A stretch of DNA of 64,000 bases from a virus. This document shows positions 27,759 through 38,602 of the stretch, piece by piece. The translations under genes and the position numbers were made by a program. The stretch is taken from positions 39,146-103,145 of the IMG/VR virus record IMGVR_UViG_3300028840_004913. The stretch is one strand, 5' to 3'. Position 1 is the stretch's first letter. Every line of letters starts with the position of its first letter. Below the pieces are notes generated by a model. The model saw only the letters and a program-made list of their open reading frames with translations. It ran no database searches and was not told the origin of the DNA.

Positions 27759-28130
27759 TTATTGCATGGCCAGCCAAGCATTAATCACGGCAGGGCTATC
27801 GGCTGTTTCCTCGAAGATAAACTTAATCTTCCGGCATATTTTCGGATTGACGTCGAATAAGGCATTGCCATCCGAGTCTGGCCCACTCGCAGATGTGAAA
27901 GCTGTGGCGATTACGCCGGCTGCTTCCTGGTCCACAAAGACGGGATTTCTATCCATATTGCTCAGCTTATATGAAATATCAATCGCGGCGGCCACGCTAA
28001 CGACGTTTATCTGTAGGGAGAAAACCCCTTCAAGATTGAACCGTTCAAGATCTATAACATACTCGACGGTCCCGAGCGCCGGCAGAGCCTGGTCACCAAG
28101 AATCTGTATTGCTGATGTAGGTGTACTCAT
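27759..28130 (-). CDS. Structural hypothetical protein
   Basis: GGAGG RBS; position in the operon. Confidence 0.6.
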   Translation of the reverse strand: MSTPTSAIQILGDQALPALGTVEYVIDLERFNLEGVFSLQINVVSVAAAIDISYKLSNMDRNPVFVDQEAAGVIATAFTSASGPDSDGNALFDVNPKICRKIKFIFEETADSPAVINAWLAMQ

Positions 28131-28145
28131 TATAACCTCCTGAAT

Positions 28146-31100
28146 TTATTTCTTATTTTCGTACATTTGCATAACCCTACGGACGATCTCATTTTTCTGT
28201 CCGGTCCATTTATCGATCTTGGCTTTTTTCTCGTCACCGTCCATAGTTTCGCTTAGCCAAGCCTTCCTGATTTTACGGTTGAGCTCCGTCAACTTCCTGC
28301 GATCCTTATGGAAACGCTTACGCATGGACAGCTTTTTACGATGCTTTTCTTTGATCGCCCTGGCTGCCTCATAATCACCGATCGCGTTCAGGTGCTTCAC
28401 GTCTGCGTAAAGCTGGTCGGCTTGCCTCGTAATGTCGTATAACTTACTAATATACTTGGTGTAACGAGGATTGTCGGCCTGCCTCAAAAATCGACCTATC
28501 ATCGGGTAATCATCCACCCGTTTTGTCGGACGCTCCGGATAGTCCATCAACCATCTGGCTGCTGGATCTGTAAAGAATAGGGCCAGATTAACATAAGTCG
28601 CAAAGTATCCTTTGACAAGGGACTCTGTTCTTTTTGGCGGCGTACCTATTAATTCACCGAGCATCTTGAAAGTCTCAGATGTCCACGGTTCAGCCCTAAG
28701 CCCTGGAGATAACTTGGAAATCCGCTGACCTTCAATCGGCCTGCCGGTGAACATACTTTTATTAAATACCTGTTCGACGATAGGGATAGCGGCCTGAGGC
28801 ACCGGATTGAATGCGAATGTGTCCATCACCGCATGTCCGATAGTCCTTAGCACATATGTCCATGGTTCATTCCCCTTAGCGGCATCGGCTGTGGCTGTCC
28901 ACAGAGTAGATCCAATAACACCCGTTTCAAAAGGCTTCGGGATCCGGATATGCCAATCTCCAAGCCAGAAATTATAGTATTGCCATTTCTCCCAATCCTC
29001 GAGCTCTTTATATCGATCATCGTCGGCATACGCAGCCCAGGCGGCCAGGGACATAGCGGCCAGGATAAGAGTCTTGCCGGCGAATACTTTGGGGTTTTCC
29101 CTGGCAGCGCGGCCCATTTTATAGAGGCCCTGGATCCTGGCATTCAGGAACGGCACCACCGAGGTGAAAAAGTTTAGGGTATCGGACGTTCCAGACATTT
29201 GAAAGTCCATGATATCTCGAGCAGCGAAAGAAGCCTCAAGCTGCGTTTTACCTTTCTTCCTAAGGTTGCTATACAGTTGTACCCTGGCGGCGTTCTCAGA
29301 GGCCTCACCGATCGCCTCCCATAGCCTCCATGGTGAGCTCACGACGTTCCATACCTTACCGCGCATCTGTTTCTGAGTAACCCCTTTCAGGTGCTTCGAC
29401 ACAGCCTTAGGATCATCGGCCCTTACATATGATCCTGCAAAGGCGTGGCCGGAGGCCAGATACTCGACATACTCTTTGTCGTTGAATAGGATCTTGCCAA
29501 CACCACGGAGCGAATCAAGGAATGGAATAAAGTCATTCGAGATCATTCCGGTATGCAGGGTATCCCGCAGGAAGTTTGCCATCTTAAAAGCTGGCCCAAA
29601 GGTGGCTCCCATGGTCAACCACCGCTTCGGATATCTCAGAGCATTCACGAGCATATTGTCAGCGGTCACATTCCGCATCAAGCTCATGGCTGCGAAAAGC
29701 TCCGGATCATTCACTCGGTAGAACCTTGTTTTACCCTTATCCTTAAACCCGAGGACCGGCTCTCCCGTTTTCTGCTCGATAAAGGTGGCCTTGCCAACCC
29801 CCTTAAACCTAACGGTATCCTTCCATTGGACCTCTTCGACAAGGGGCTTCTCAACTTCATTACCGTCTTCGTCAAGGCCGTAGTACCCGCTCGGCAGGGC
29901 GAGTCTCTCCGCAGTCCGGAATGCATCACCACGAGATTTATTCTTAATACTCTCGACGACAAGGTGGTTCCAGTTTTTCATAATATTTTCAAAGGGATCG
30001 CCAATCTTTTTCTCGGACCCTTTGAGCCGTTTTATCTGCGCGGAAAGAAATTTGGATCCCTGCTTCGGGCTCTTTACAAACTCAATCGCAGTCTCTTCAT
30101 CCTCGAATACACGATAAAACGGAATGTAAAATTCCTGCTGAAAAAGTTTTCTTGAGGCCGGATCTATAAGGCCGGCTTCTTGCGCGATATCGAGGATTGC
30201 ATCATTAAACGCTTGGAATTCTTTGTTAAGTTCATCCCAGGATTTATTCCCTTTTGGATCGCCAACCCAGGCCATGATCTTATCACGATCTGATTTACCG
30301 AGAAGTTTCTCTCGGCCCTCTTTCTCCAGGGCCTCAGCCCTCTTGACAACCAGCCAGTAAAAAAATTTCTCACCATCTTTTTTAAGGCCCTTGACCCATG
30401 GGATAAAACCCTCACCCTTTGTGTCGACAGTCAGAACGTCGCCGGCCGCATTCCATTTCAACTTTCCATGCAGAAGCTGTCCGAGCATCGAGGTCGGTGC
30501 ACCAGGAATACCCCTGTGCATCATGTACTCAACGCCTTCTCCGAAATGCTTCTTAACCGGAGCAAACTTGTCGACCACCAGCGTGGCTTTATTTTTCCAG
30601 AATGAATTCCATGCCTTAGCGGTTCTCTCCCTGAGTGGCTGGTCTGTACGGCCGATCTTGGCGTCTATAACCTCTTTGGCGTCCTGAGTAATCGGCTCCA
30701 TGGTATCAAAGCCAGGAATGATCGGAACGTCGTCGACGGTATTCATATCAAACCAGGTTTCGTCGACAAATTCTTTAAAGCTATCGTATCCGGAATCCTT
30801 CATTATCGCGTCAAGGGTAGACAGGTCCGTATTGTCGTCATAGATAAAATCGTTTAATTCATCCATGGCAGTATCATACGCACCGTCCCTTTGCTCAGGA
30901 TTTAAGATCTCCCTGTTTATCGTTTTGATAATAAGCCGCTCGGCCTTATCAGCTATTTCGCGCCGGTCCTCCCGTGTCGCATCCCAGGTCATGGGAGCGA
31001 TATCTTCGAGCCTGGAGTCTACAAACTCGGAAAAGGTTTTATACCCGTCGACAGCATCATCTATGATGGAGTCAAGAAGGTCCGACTCTGTGGTACCATC

Positions 31101-34100
31101 GTCTATGAAATCCTGCAGATCATCTTGCGCGGCCTCCCAGGTATCAGTAGCCCTGTCTGTAAATCCAAACTTGTTATCGATTGCAGTCTTTACCGGATGG
31201 TAAAGCTCTTGCGCTATTGCTTCACGCTCGATAACCGTAGCATCCTCTGGCATGAAGTCAAACTCTGGCATAGGCGCAACCCCAATAGGTCCAGCGACCG
31301 GAATCATATTCTCGTGAGCTCGCTCACCTATAAAGGTACCCTTTTCGTCACCATCCAGGGATTCATAGAAATACTGAGGACGGTCATTTCGCATATCCCA
31401 TAGCCGGCCGGTAATCCGGTACATTTTTCCGGTCTGTTTTGACTTGACCTTTTGGCCGGCTTCGAATTGCCACCCGTCGTAGGCGTCGACCTTCTCCCTC
31501 ATTTCATTCGCGCCGTCTCGGATCTTTTCATTAAGATCTGCAGCAAAGTCACGGAGCGGCTTAGTTATCAAGTCTTCGACCACAGGCCGTTCCTCAGCCT
31601 GAGGTGCCTTGGCAGCCTTCTCGATCTTTTTGCCTAACGATCTCATGGACCGCATAAGGGGCTTGCTGACCGTTTCAATCCCATATTCAGGATGGTAATC
31701 GTCGGCTATATATTGTGCGAGATTATCCAGTTCACCGGACAGGAGATACTTGCTACCCTTCTTTGTTACGGAGATAGCTCCATCTTCGATCTGTGAATCG
31801 TAAAAGGTTTCTATTTCATCTGCCTGCGCCTTTGTTATTTCTATGGTATCGCCAAGCTCTATTGCATTGAACTCCACGACAGCTTCGTCTTTACGGGGGA
31901 GGTCGGCAACCCCGAGCTTACCATTTATTTCCTTAACCTCTTCATCGGTAAGGATCCGGTTTACTTTGATCTCACCGCTGATCAACCATTCTCCGGTCAT
32001 ATTCGGATTTGTCTTATACCGGTAATGGCCACCCTCTGGTACCTGGTCAGAGATCTGAGCCGTTCTCGGGATGATCTTACCCTGTTTTGTAACGGATGCT
32101 CGCTTATTCGCTTCTTTCTGCCAATTAACGTCGTTTGATACCTCGACCTCAGCCCATACCTGGTTATCCGGTCGGTAGTTTGGTTTCTTTAACCGGTTAT
32201 CGGACTTGCCTCCGATATGGGTAGCGACAGGCATGTCTCCAGAATGCCATCCTGGTCTGAACGCCAGTTGACCTATCTTGGATTTAACCTTACCTCCGAC
32301 CATTGGGCCCACGTCGGCGGCCAGCCATTTACCCATAGGCACAGTCTCATTCGCCTTTACAAAAAGCGGATATAGTTCACCGTCCTTTTGGGTGAATAGC
32401 TTGTAGGCCTTCACGGTCTTTTTCGGGATACGCTCCGGATCTGTGATAACATCGAAGTCTGGCTCGACGTCTATCTTTTTCCCCTCTTCGTAGCGGATCT
32501 CATTTTGGATCTCACCACCAGGTAGCAGGGAGGATTGGAATTTTCGAGCGTCCTCGATCATGCCGAGCAGGTTTCCGATATAGGAATTCGCCGCATCGAC
32601 ATTGTCGACGTATTTCACATCATCAGGGTAATGGAGATTTTTGATTGCGATCTTAGGCTGAGCCGGCTTTTTCTCCGGCATCGGTTTGCCTTTTTTCTGC
32701 TTCCCATACGGTGGTAGAGTTTTCTTATTCGGATCAAAATTCTCACGGATGAATTCTGCCTCGAGGAACTTCCTGATATTCAGCCTGATCAAATCGATAG
32801 ACTTCTGCAGGCGGCCGATATAAACCTCACCGAGGGACTTGGATTTTTCCTTACCCTCGACAAAGGCTGTGATCGGAGTCAGGTCGGTCGGTGCCTTCGG
32901 ATCCATGATCTTCCATGGCTTTCCGTCCTTATCGATCCCATATTCGCTAAACGCCATGAAACAGCCAGATTCTGACAAGGCGCATTGTTTGCAGCTATAG
33001 AAATATGTGCGCTCGCCTGAGTCGCATGGGCATCCGGTTTTACGGAGCTCTGCAGGAAGCTGATCATGCAGCTTTGTATCGGCAGCCAGGACAAGCTGTA
33101 GGGCACCCTTTTTATTCAGGGCCTCGATAGCCTTTATCTCGCTCGCGTCTGTCATTAACCAGGCATTCGCTATACCGTGCTTCTTCATATTCTCGGCCAG
33201 CTTTTTAGGACCGTAGAATTTGTAAAGATCGGCATCGATGGATCCCATTTTAATAAACGGAGCATTAGGCTGAGACTTCAACTTTTTAAGCATATCATGG
33301 TGCCGGCTGAAAATATGGATCGGCCGGTCAAGCAGCTTGGCCAATTCATTCATACCCTCAACCTGTTCGTCTGTGATCAGGTCGCCGGATCCGAGCATAC
33401 GGACAAAAGGTAGCTCGGTCTTTTTCTTTTTCATGACCTCGGCAGCCACAATCTTGGCCCATCCCTTAGGATCTGTCAAAACATGAATGGTCGACCTAAG
33501 CGCTTTTTTGACGGCGCTCATTCTGATCATGGCAGCGGCCGCATAACATTCTTTACACGGAGTTGTTGGGTGGCAGGTGGCCAGTAAGAAGTCTGCCGAC
33601 ATACCAGCTTTCCCATTATTTCCAAGGGTTTGTGTCTTGGATTCAATATCGTACATCTTGCCGTTCCGCAGGCTGTGAAGATGATCAAGGAACCGTTTGC
33701 GCTCCTTACCCTTTAGGCCTTTTGAATCAGCAATCTCTTCGATGGTTTTGGTTTTATCGAGCAACGTAGCAACCTGGCCATCGTCAATCACCCTGTAAAT
33801 TTCATCCAGTAAATCATAGGTTGTGATCGACCTGGTAAGTTCCCTCTTATTTTTTACATACTTTCCAGGTACTTCGACGGCTTTCATGGTAGGCCCAAAC
33901 AGAACCTCAAAGGCCTCGAGCTCTTTGCTGAGCCGATTATTGACAACGCCGAACTCTTCCTGTTCAAAATCAACATCCCACCCGCGCTCTTTAACATCGA
34001 ATAAAATCTGAGGGTTACCGGCTGCTCCAACTGGTAGGCCAGCCGCACCGATATTCTGCGCCAGGGGTGAATCCATGAGATCTGCCTCTGGCTTCGGAGC

Positions 34101-37100
34101 TCTGATTCTATCCAAAACTTCTCTTGCATACACATCAAATTCGCCCATGCCGGCAGTATACTCACCAGCGCGATACTGGTTATACTGGCGCACCATGGTG
34201 GCCATGAGCTTTTGAGCGGTAGCAAGATCGTCAAAATAGACACGATCAAATTTATTTGGCTGAGCGAGGATAGCGTCGCCCATTTTCTTAATAACTTCGC
34301 TGACCATGCCGACGATTTTCTCGAACAGGGTTTGGTCCTCTTTCATGACCTCGCCCAAAAACTTTTCATCGAACAGGGATGATCCGAGAAACTCTTGAAC
34401 GTATTCGTCGAATACAGCGTCTTCAATATCTGCAGGATTTAGTTCATCTGCCGGAATACCCTTCTTTGCGGCCAACTGCCGAGTGTAAAACGGTAGTTTG
34501 CGATTACGGAATCTCGTGTAGTCGCCTTCATTTCTCATCCTCCACATCAGGGCCTTCAACACCTTGTATTTCTTTGGCATTGTTTTTTCTATCTCGTGAC
34601 CCATCTCGTGGCCGGCGACCTGGAGGCCTGGAGTTTCGTTCCTGGTATTGATAAAAATAAATCCGTTCTCACGATCTATGTCCCGCATCCGGATTGTATT
34701 GCCATTCGTATTGTTCAGGAATGCGTTATCGGTTTCAAAAAACACAACATTCTCAAAGCCGAAAACAGTCTTCATGAAGCTGACGATAGCCTCTCCATTA
34801 TTGACATTCTCTGGTTTGATCAGATCAAAATCGTCCTCGGTAAGCTGCATATCCTCTGGCCAGCGCTGAGACATTTTGATGTAATGCTCTTTGATATTGG
34901 CCAGGGTTTTCCTGACCGGCGGCTTTACAGTTTCCTCTACAGCTTGAGGCTTTTTAGGATCACCCTTTTGCAGCCATTCCTTAAATTCAGGCATGGACTT
35001 TTTGGTGACCCGCATCTGAGTAAAGTCGAATCCCTTTGGGTAATGAGCACGGTATGCCATTTGAGCCTGCTTCCTGGTCTTATAGCCAAGCATTACCTTT
35101 GGTTCATCAAAGGTCCCGTCCTCATTCGCCTGATCAATAATGTAAACATTCTCGGAGGTTACGTCGTCACCGACGAACACATCAACACCCTCGCCGTCTT
35201 TTGCCTTGCGGCCGGTTTTAAAAAAACCATATACGGCTTTCATACGGACACGCCAGGAAGGTTTCTTGCCTGGTGGCACGTTCTCTTTCCTGGTGGACCC
35301 TTTGGCGTTCTCGATCGATATCGGAAGGCCCTGGATTTCGACTTCCCCCTTTCTGTAGGTGCCGTCTTTTATTTCCTTGTATGATGGGTTTGGATCTGTT
35401 TCGGCGGCTGCTTCATGAAGCTGTTTCGCGGTGGTGACCTTCTTAGGTCCTTTGGCAGATACTGTGGTGGCATTGCGGAAAACCTTTTTCCCGAATGCAT
35501 TTACAAACCCCTCCCTGGCTTTACCCTCTTCCATCATTTTCCGCTGCTCAGGGGTGGCCTTATTGTAAATCTCTCCGGACGTGGCTCCCATTATTGTGGT
35601 GCCATCCGGAAACTGAAAAAAATTCCTTTTCCCTGGTGGAGAGATTTTTTCTTTAGCTTTTGGTGCCGTAGGCTTTTTAGCTTTTTCTGTTTTGCCTTCT
35701 CTGGCAATGATCGTATTGGCGATCTCTTCGGCCTCGAGCCTGCTCTTACCCTCACCCAAAAGGGACTCTATGATCTCCTCCCTGGTTTCCTGTGGGGCTT
35801 CCTTTTTCTTTGCCTGTTTATCTATCTCTTTCTGGCGCTCCCTGGCCGCACGTTTGGCGCGGTCTGCAGGGACCTGCTCGACGTCCGCAGGAGTGGCATC
35901 GATAACTGCCTGCGCCTCTTCCTGTGGAGTCATTTCTGCAGATACAATAGGCTCTTCGATAGCCGGCGGCGGCTCGGTGATGACAGTCTCTTCGCCCATG
36001 GTCCGGTCGATCTCAGCTTGCCTGGCTTCAGCTTCGGTTTGCTGTTCGCCCTCCACGCCCCTTATATATCCTTGGCGTTCATCTGGCGTCCGGAGCGGAC
36101 CTAACTCAATATCTTCAATCGGGATAATAGGCTCGGTTACTGGTAGCGGTGGTGGTTCAGTCGCCGGCAGCGGTGGAGGACCACCTGGCTCAGGGATAGC
36201 ACCCTGTTCAGCGGCAGCCTCTTTAATGCCACGATCAAGTATTTCGGCAGCTTCATTCGGAGACGTAACCCTTTGAAGATCTCCAGTTTCATCCCTCTTA
36301 CCGGTGAGCATGTCATAGGCTTTCCGGAATTTACCGACTCTCTTCTCGGTCTTAGCGCTCTCTGGTTTTGCGTCAGCGCCCCCAAGCAGTAGGCCGTATG
36401 GTGCGGCAGCGAGCCCCTCAGGAGTCGCCTTCTTAACACCTTCCCATGCCATATCAGCAAGCATTTTTGCCTGAGTCCTTACATCGGCCTCAAGGAATTT
36501 CTTGCGTTCATCCGGCATGGCCAAGGTGCCCGTGACCTCTTCTGGAGCGCCTTGCAGGGTTTCAGTTACACCTTCTGTGAATGCACCCAAAATCCTCGAA
36601 GCAATAAATCGCTTTATACCGGACCCAATACCTGGGGCCCTTAGCATCCATCCAAAAGACAGAGCCTCCATCGGTGCCTGAATACCGGCATTCGCTAAGG
36701 CGGCAGCCATGGCCTCTTTTGGAGAGGCCCCATTAGAAAGGTTTTCCTCGTAAGAGTTACCGGCTATATTGACAAACATCATGGCTCCGGACAGTAGCTT
36801 ACCACCTTGAAGATGGGCCAGCGCCTGGGCCTGGATCTGCGGAGCGAGGCCTACCACATTCGATAGGTAGTTCTCGGCCTTATTCTTTTCCTCTCGGCGC
36901 AATGCATATCCGAGATCGCTTTTTAGATTGGGAGATTCTGTAATCTTTTCAAGGGCTTTATAGTTTATGTCAGCGAATGCATCAGCACCACGGACTGCCA
37001 TGTCTTGAATTTGATCCCATACATTATCGGACTCGGTAGGTATAGCGGCAGGCTTATTTGGATCATATCCGGCAATATCCATAAAACCCTTGCCAAGCCA

Positions 37101-37499
37101 GAATGGTGATCTAACCATCTGCTTGACGGTTTCTATGGTCGGAGCCTCTACCTCAATCCCCTGTAATGATTCTGGAAGGAAGGCCTTTTGAGCTCTGCTC
37201 TTTAGATCTTTGCCACCGTAAATCTCAGAGGTAGGACGAACACCAGTTACAGCCTTAACGCCGGCACGGATAGGTAGCGGCATTTGGGATAGACCAGCAT
37301 CGATAGCCCTTTCAAGCCTCGGCTTTGTCTGGATCCATGGCACCTCGATATCGTCCGATACGTCAGCGACGAACTGGTCATAGGCATCAGGACCGCTTGG
37401 CGATTCTGGTGTAGGGATTGCTCCGGTAGGAGATTGTGGAGCTACAGGATCATCGTCTCGCAGATTGTCTGCGACAAATTTATCATAGAAATCAGACAT
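28146..37499 (-). CDS. Giant internal virion / large polyvalent protein (3117 aa)
   Basis: InPase-like segment (ISIEN.KGS.R...YG...DG..VDVFVG...FDE.KVMLGY), HEMGH, GP88-like Cys domain, RPGWH domain, LPD38-like C-terminus (RIPKPFE.G, N.S.FTGRPI). Confidence 0.8.
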   Translation of the reverse strand: MSDFYDKFVADNLRDDDPVAPQSPTGAIPTPESPSGPDAYDQFVADVSDDIEVPWIQTKPRLERAIDAGLSQMPLPIRAGVKAVTGVRPTSEIYGGKDLKSRAQKAFLPESLQGIEVEAPTIETVKQMVRSPFWLGKGFMDIAGYDPNKPAAIPTESDNVWDQIQDMAVRGADAFADINYKALEKITESPNLKSDLGYALRREEKNKAENYLSNVVGLAPQIQAQALAHLQGGKLLSGAMMFVNIAGNSYEENLSNGASPKEAMAAALANAGIQAPMEALSFGWMLRAPGIGSGIKRFIASRILGAFTEGVTETLQGAPEEVTGTLAMPDERKKFLEADVRTQAKMLADMAWEGVKKATPEGLAAAPYGLLLGGADAKPESAKTEKRVGKFRKAYDMLTGKRDETGDLQRVTSPNEAAEILDRGIKEAAAEQGAIPEPGGPPPLPATEPPPLPVTEPIIPIEDIELGPLRTPDERQGYIRGVEGEQQTEAEARQAEIDRTMGEETVITEPPPAIEEPIVSAEMTPQEEAQAVIDATPADVEQVPADRAKRAARERQKEIDKQAKKKEAPQETREEIIESLLGEGKSRLEAEEIANTIIAREGKTEKAKKPTAPKAKEKISPPGKRNFFQFPDGTTIMGATSGEIYNKATPEQRKMMEEGKAREGFVNAFGKKVFRNATTVSAKGPKKVTTAKQLHEAAAETDPNPSYKEIKDGTYRKGEVEIQGLPISIENAKGSTRKENVPPGKKPSWRVRMKAVYGFFKTGRKAKDGEGVDVFVGDDVTSENVYIIDQANEDGTFDEPKVMLGYKTRKQAQMAYRAHYPKGFDFTQMRVTKKSMPEFKEWLQKGDPKKPQAVEETVKPPVRKTLANIKEHYIKMSQRWPEDMQLTEDDFDLIKPENVNNGEAIVSFMKTVFGFENVVFFETDNAFLNNTNGNTIRMRDIDRENGFIFINTRNETPGLQVAGHEMGHEIEKTMPKKYKVLKALMWRMRNEGDYTRFRNRKLPFYTRQLAAKKGIPADELNPADIEDAVFDEYVQEFLGSSLFDEKFLGEVMKEDQTLFEKIVGMVSEVIKKMGDAILAQPNKFDRVYFDDLATAQKLMATMVRQYNQYRAGEYTAGMGEFDVYAREVLDRIRAPKPEADLMDSPLAQNIGAAGLPVGAAGNPQILFDVKERGWDVDFEQEEFGVVNNRLSKELEAFEVLFGPTMKAVEVPGKYVKNKRELTRSITTYDLLDEIYRVIDDGQVATLLDKTKTIEEIADSKGLKGKERKRFLDHLHSLRNGKMYDIESKTQTLGNNGKAGMSADFLLATCHPTTPCKECYAAAAMIRMSAVKKALRSTIHVLTDPKGWAKIVAAEVMKKKKTELPFVRMLGSGDLITDEQVEGMNELAKLLDRPIHIFSRHHDMLKKLKSQPNAPFIKMGSIDADLYKFYGPKKLAENMKKHGIANAWLMTDASEIKAIEALNKKGALQLVLAADTKLHDQLPAELRKTGCPCDSGERTYFYSCKQCALSESGCFMAFSEYGIDKDGKPWKIMDPKAPTDLTPITAFVEGKEKSKSLGEVYIGRLQKSIDLIRLNIRKFLEAEFIRENFDPNKKTLPPYGKQKKGKPMPEKKPAQPKIAIKNLHYPDDVKYVDNVDAANSYIGNLLGMIEDARKFQSSLLPGGEIQNEIRYEEGKKIDVEPDFDVITDPERIPKKTVKAYKLFTQKDGELYPLFVKANETVPMGKWLAADVGPMVGGKVKSKIGQLAFRPGWHSGDMPVATHIGGKSDNRLKKPNYRPDNQVWAEVEVSNDVNWQKEANKRASVTKQGKIIPRTAQISDQVPEGGHYRYKTNPNMTGEWLISGEIKVNRILTDEEVKEINGKLGVADLPRKDEAVVEFNAIELGDTIEITKAQADEIETFYDSQIEDGAISVTKKGSKYLLSGELDNLAQYIADDYHPEYGIETVSKPLMRSMRSLGKKIEKAAKAPQAEERPVVEDLITKPLRDFAADLNEKIRDGANEMREKVDAYDGWQFEAGQKVKSKQTGKMYRITGRLWDMRNDRPQYFYESLDGDEKGTFIGERAHENMIPVAGPIGVAPMPEFDFMPEDATVIEREAIAQELYHPVKTAIDNKFGFTDRATDTWEAAQDDLQDFIDDGTTESDLLDSIIDDAVDGYKTFSEFVDSRLEDIAPMTWDATREDRREIADKAERLIIKTINREILNPEQRDGAYDTAMDELNDFIYDDNTDLSTLDAIMKDSGYDSFKEFVDETWFDMNTVDDVPIIPGFDTMEPITQDAKEVIDAKIGRTDQPLRERTAKAWNSFWKNKATLVVDKFAPVKKHFGEGVEYMMHRGIPGAPTSMLGQLLHGKLKWNAAGDVLTVDTKGEGFIPWVKGLKKDGEKFFYWLVVKRAEALEKEGREKLLGKSDRDKIMAWVGDPKGNKSWDELNKEFQAFNDAILDIAQEAGLIDPASRKLFQQEFYIPFYRVFEDEETAIEFVKSPKQGSKFLSAQIKRLKGSEKKIGDPFENIMKNWNHLVVESIKNKSRGDAFRTAERLALPSGYYGLDEDGNEVEKPLVEEVQWKDTVRFKGVGKATFIEQKTGEPVLGFKDKGKTRFYRVNDPELFAAMSLMRNVTADNMLVNALRYPKRWLTMGATFGPAFKMANFLRDTLHTGMISNDFIPFLDSLRGVGKILFNDKEYVEYLASGHAFAGSYVRADDPKAVSKHLKGVTQKQMRGKVWNVVSSPWRLWEAIGEASENAARVQLYSNLRKKGKTQLEASFAARDIMDFQMSGTSDTLNFFTSVVPFLNARIQGLYKMGRAARENPKVFAGKTLILAAMSLAAWAAYADDDRYKELEDWEKWQYYNFWLGDWHIRIPKPFETGVIGSTLWTATADAAKGNEPWTYVLRTIGHAVMDTFAFNPVPQAAIPIVEQVFNKSMFTGRPIEGQRISKLSPGLRAEPWTSETFKMLGELIGTPPKRTESLVKGYFATYVNLALFFTDPAARWLMDYPERPTKRVDDYPMIGRFLRQADNPRYTKYISKLYDITRQADQLYADVKHLNAIGDYEAARAIKEKHRKKLSMRKRFHKDRRKLTELNRKIRKAWLSETMDGDEKKAKIDKWTGQKNEIVRRVMQMYENKK

Positions 37500-37516
37500 T
37501 TATAAACCTTCTTAGA

Positions 37517-38587
37517 TTAGCTTAGGCCTGGGAATCTTTCTCTAAGCCCCTGCGCTATTTCAGCGTCAGAAATCTTTGGGTTTGCCCTTTTCAGGGATCT
37601 TGCGTACTCGAGCATTTCCGCTGGACTTGGCTGCGCGGCGTCTGGTCCAGGGATTGCTGCGCCGGCTGGAGCGACTGCGCCACCGGCCATAACCTGCCGG
37701 CCACCGACTGAGCCTGTCGGTAATGCCATGGCCTGTTTTTCTTTGGCAACACCGATCGCTTCATCGAGCCCTTTCATATATTCTCGGTAATACTCTGCGG
37801 CCCTTTCCATAAGGGCGGCTGGATCCAAAGCCTCGCCCTGATCCTCGGCGTCGTCTCTGGCCTCTTTAACCATATCATCCCAAATTTTTGCCTTATCTGG
37901 TTCGCTGGCGGCTTTCTTAATTCTCTCCAGCTTACCAACATCTCCGGTCCTCATGGCTTCGGCAACGGATTCTTGTGAGAATTTTTTAGTCAACTTCTCC
38001 CACCGGTCAAAGCGGTCGTCGGCGGCCTTGATCAATGCCTCGTGTCTTTCCTTTACCCGCTTTTGAAACACCTGCAATTCACCCTGTGTGGCATAAGCCT
38101 TTGGTTTTCCTGGTGCAACGGACTCCCAAATTTCATCAAGACTGTTTGCAATACCCTCTTTTGCAACCACAAGCGGATCTGCCAGCGGATTATTCATATT
38201 CACACCACCACCGGCCGGCTGTGCTGGAGCACCTGCAAGTCCATCACGCTGCAGTCTCGGTGTTCGATCGTCTACCTGAAAGGCTCCATGCTGATATTCA
38301 CCACCCTGCATGCCTGCCATTTGTCGAGTAGGATCGTCTGTGAATGTAGGGGTTTGGCCAGCCTGCCGTGCAAGCTCAAGATACTCTTTTATGGACTTCG
38401 GCTTTTCGAATGCATCTGGACCAGGCACAACCCCACCCGTGCCGGCCATGGTCGGATCGGTAGCGACTGGAGTGTGGGCGAGTGCCAGTTCATTTGGGAC
38501 CATTGATTTGGCCTGATTAAGATTAAAGACGGCTTCTGGCTCTGTCTCGTCCCAAATAGCTCTGTTTTGTGGAATATTTTGAGGCAT
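37517..38587 (-). CDS. Putative internal virion (ejection) protein
   Basis: A/P/E-rich helical sequence; upstream of the giant protein. Confidence 0.55.
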   Translation of the reverse strand: MPQNIPQNRAIWDETEPEAVFNLNQAKSMVPNELALAHTPVATDPTMAGTGGVVPGPDAFEKPKSIKEYLELARQAGQTPTFTDDPTRQMAGMQGGEYQHGAFQVDDRTPRLQRDGLAGAPAQPAGGGVNMNNPLADPLVVAKEGIANSLDEIWESVAPGKPKAYATQGELQVFQKRVKERHEALIKAADDRFDRWEKLTKKFSQESVAEAMRTGDVGKLERIKKAASEPDKAKIWDDMVKEARDDAEDQGEALDPAALMERAAEYYREYMKGLDEAIGVAKEKQAMALPTGSVGGRQVMAGGAVAPAGAAIPGPDAAQPSPAEMLEYARSLKRANPKISDAEIAQGLRERFPGLS

Positions 38588-38602
38588 GTAACCCTCCGGA
38601 TT

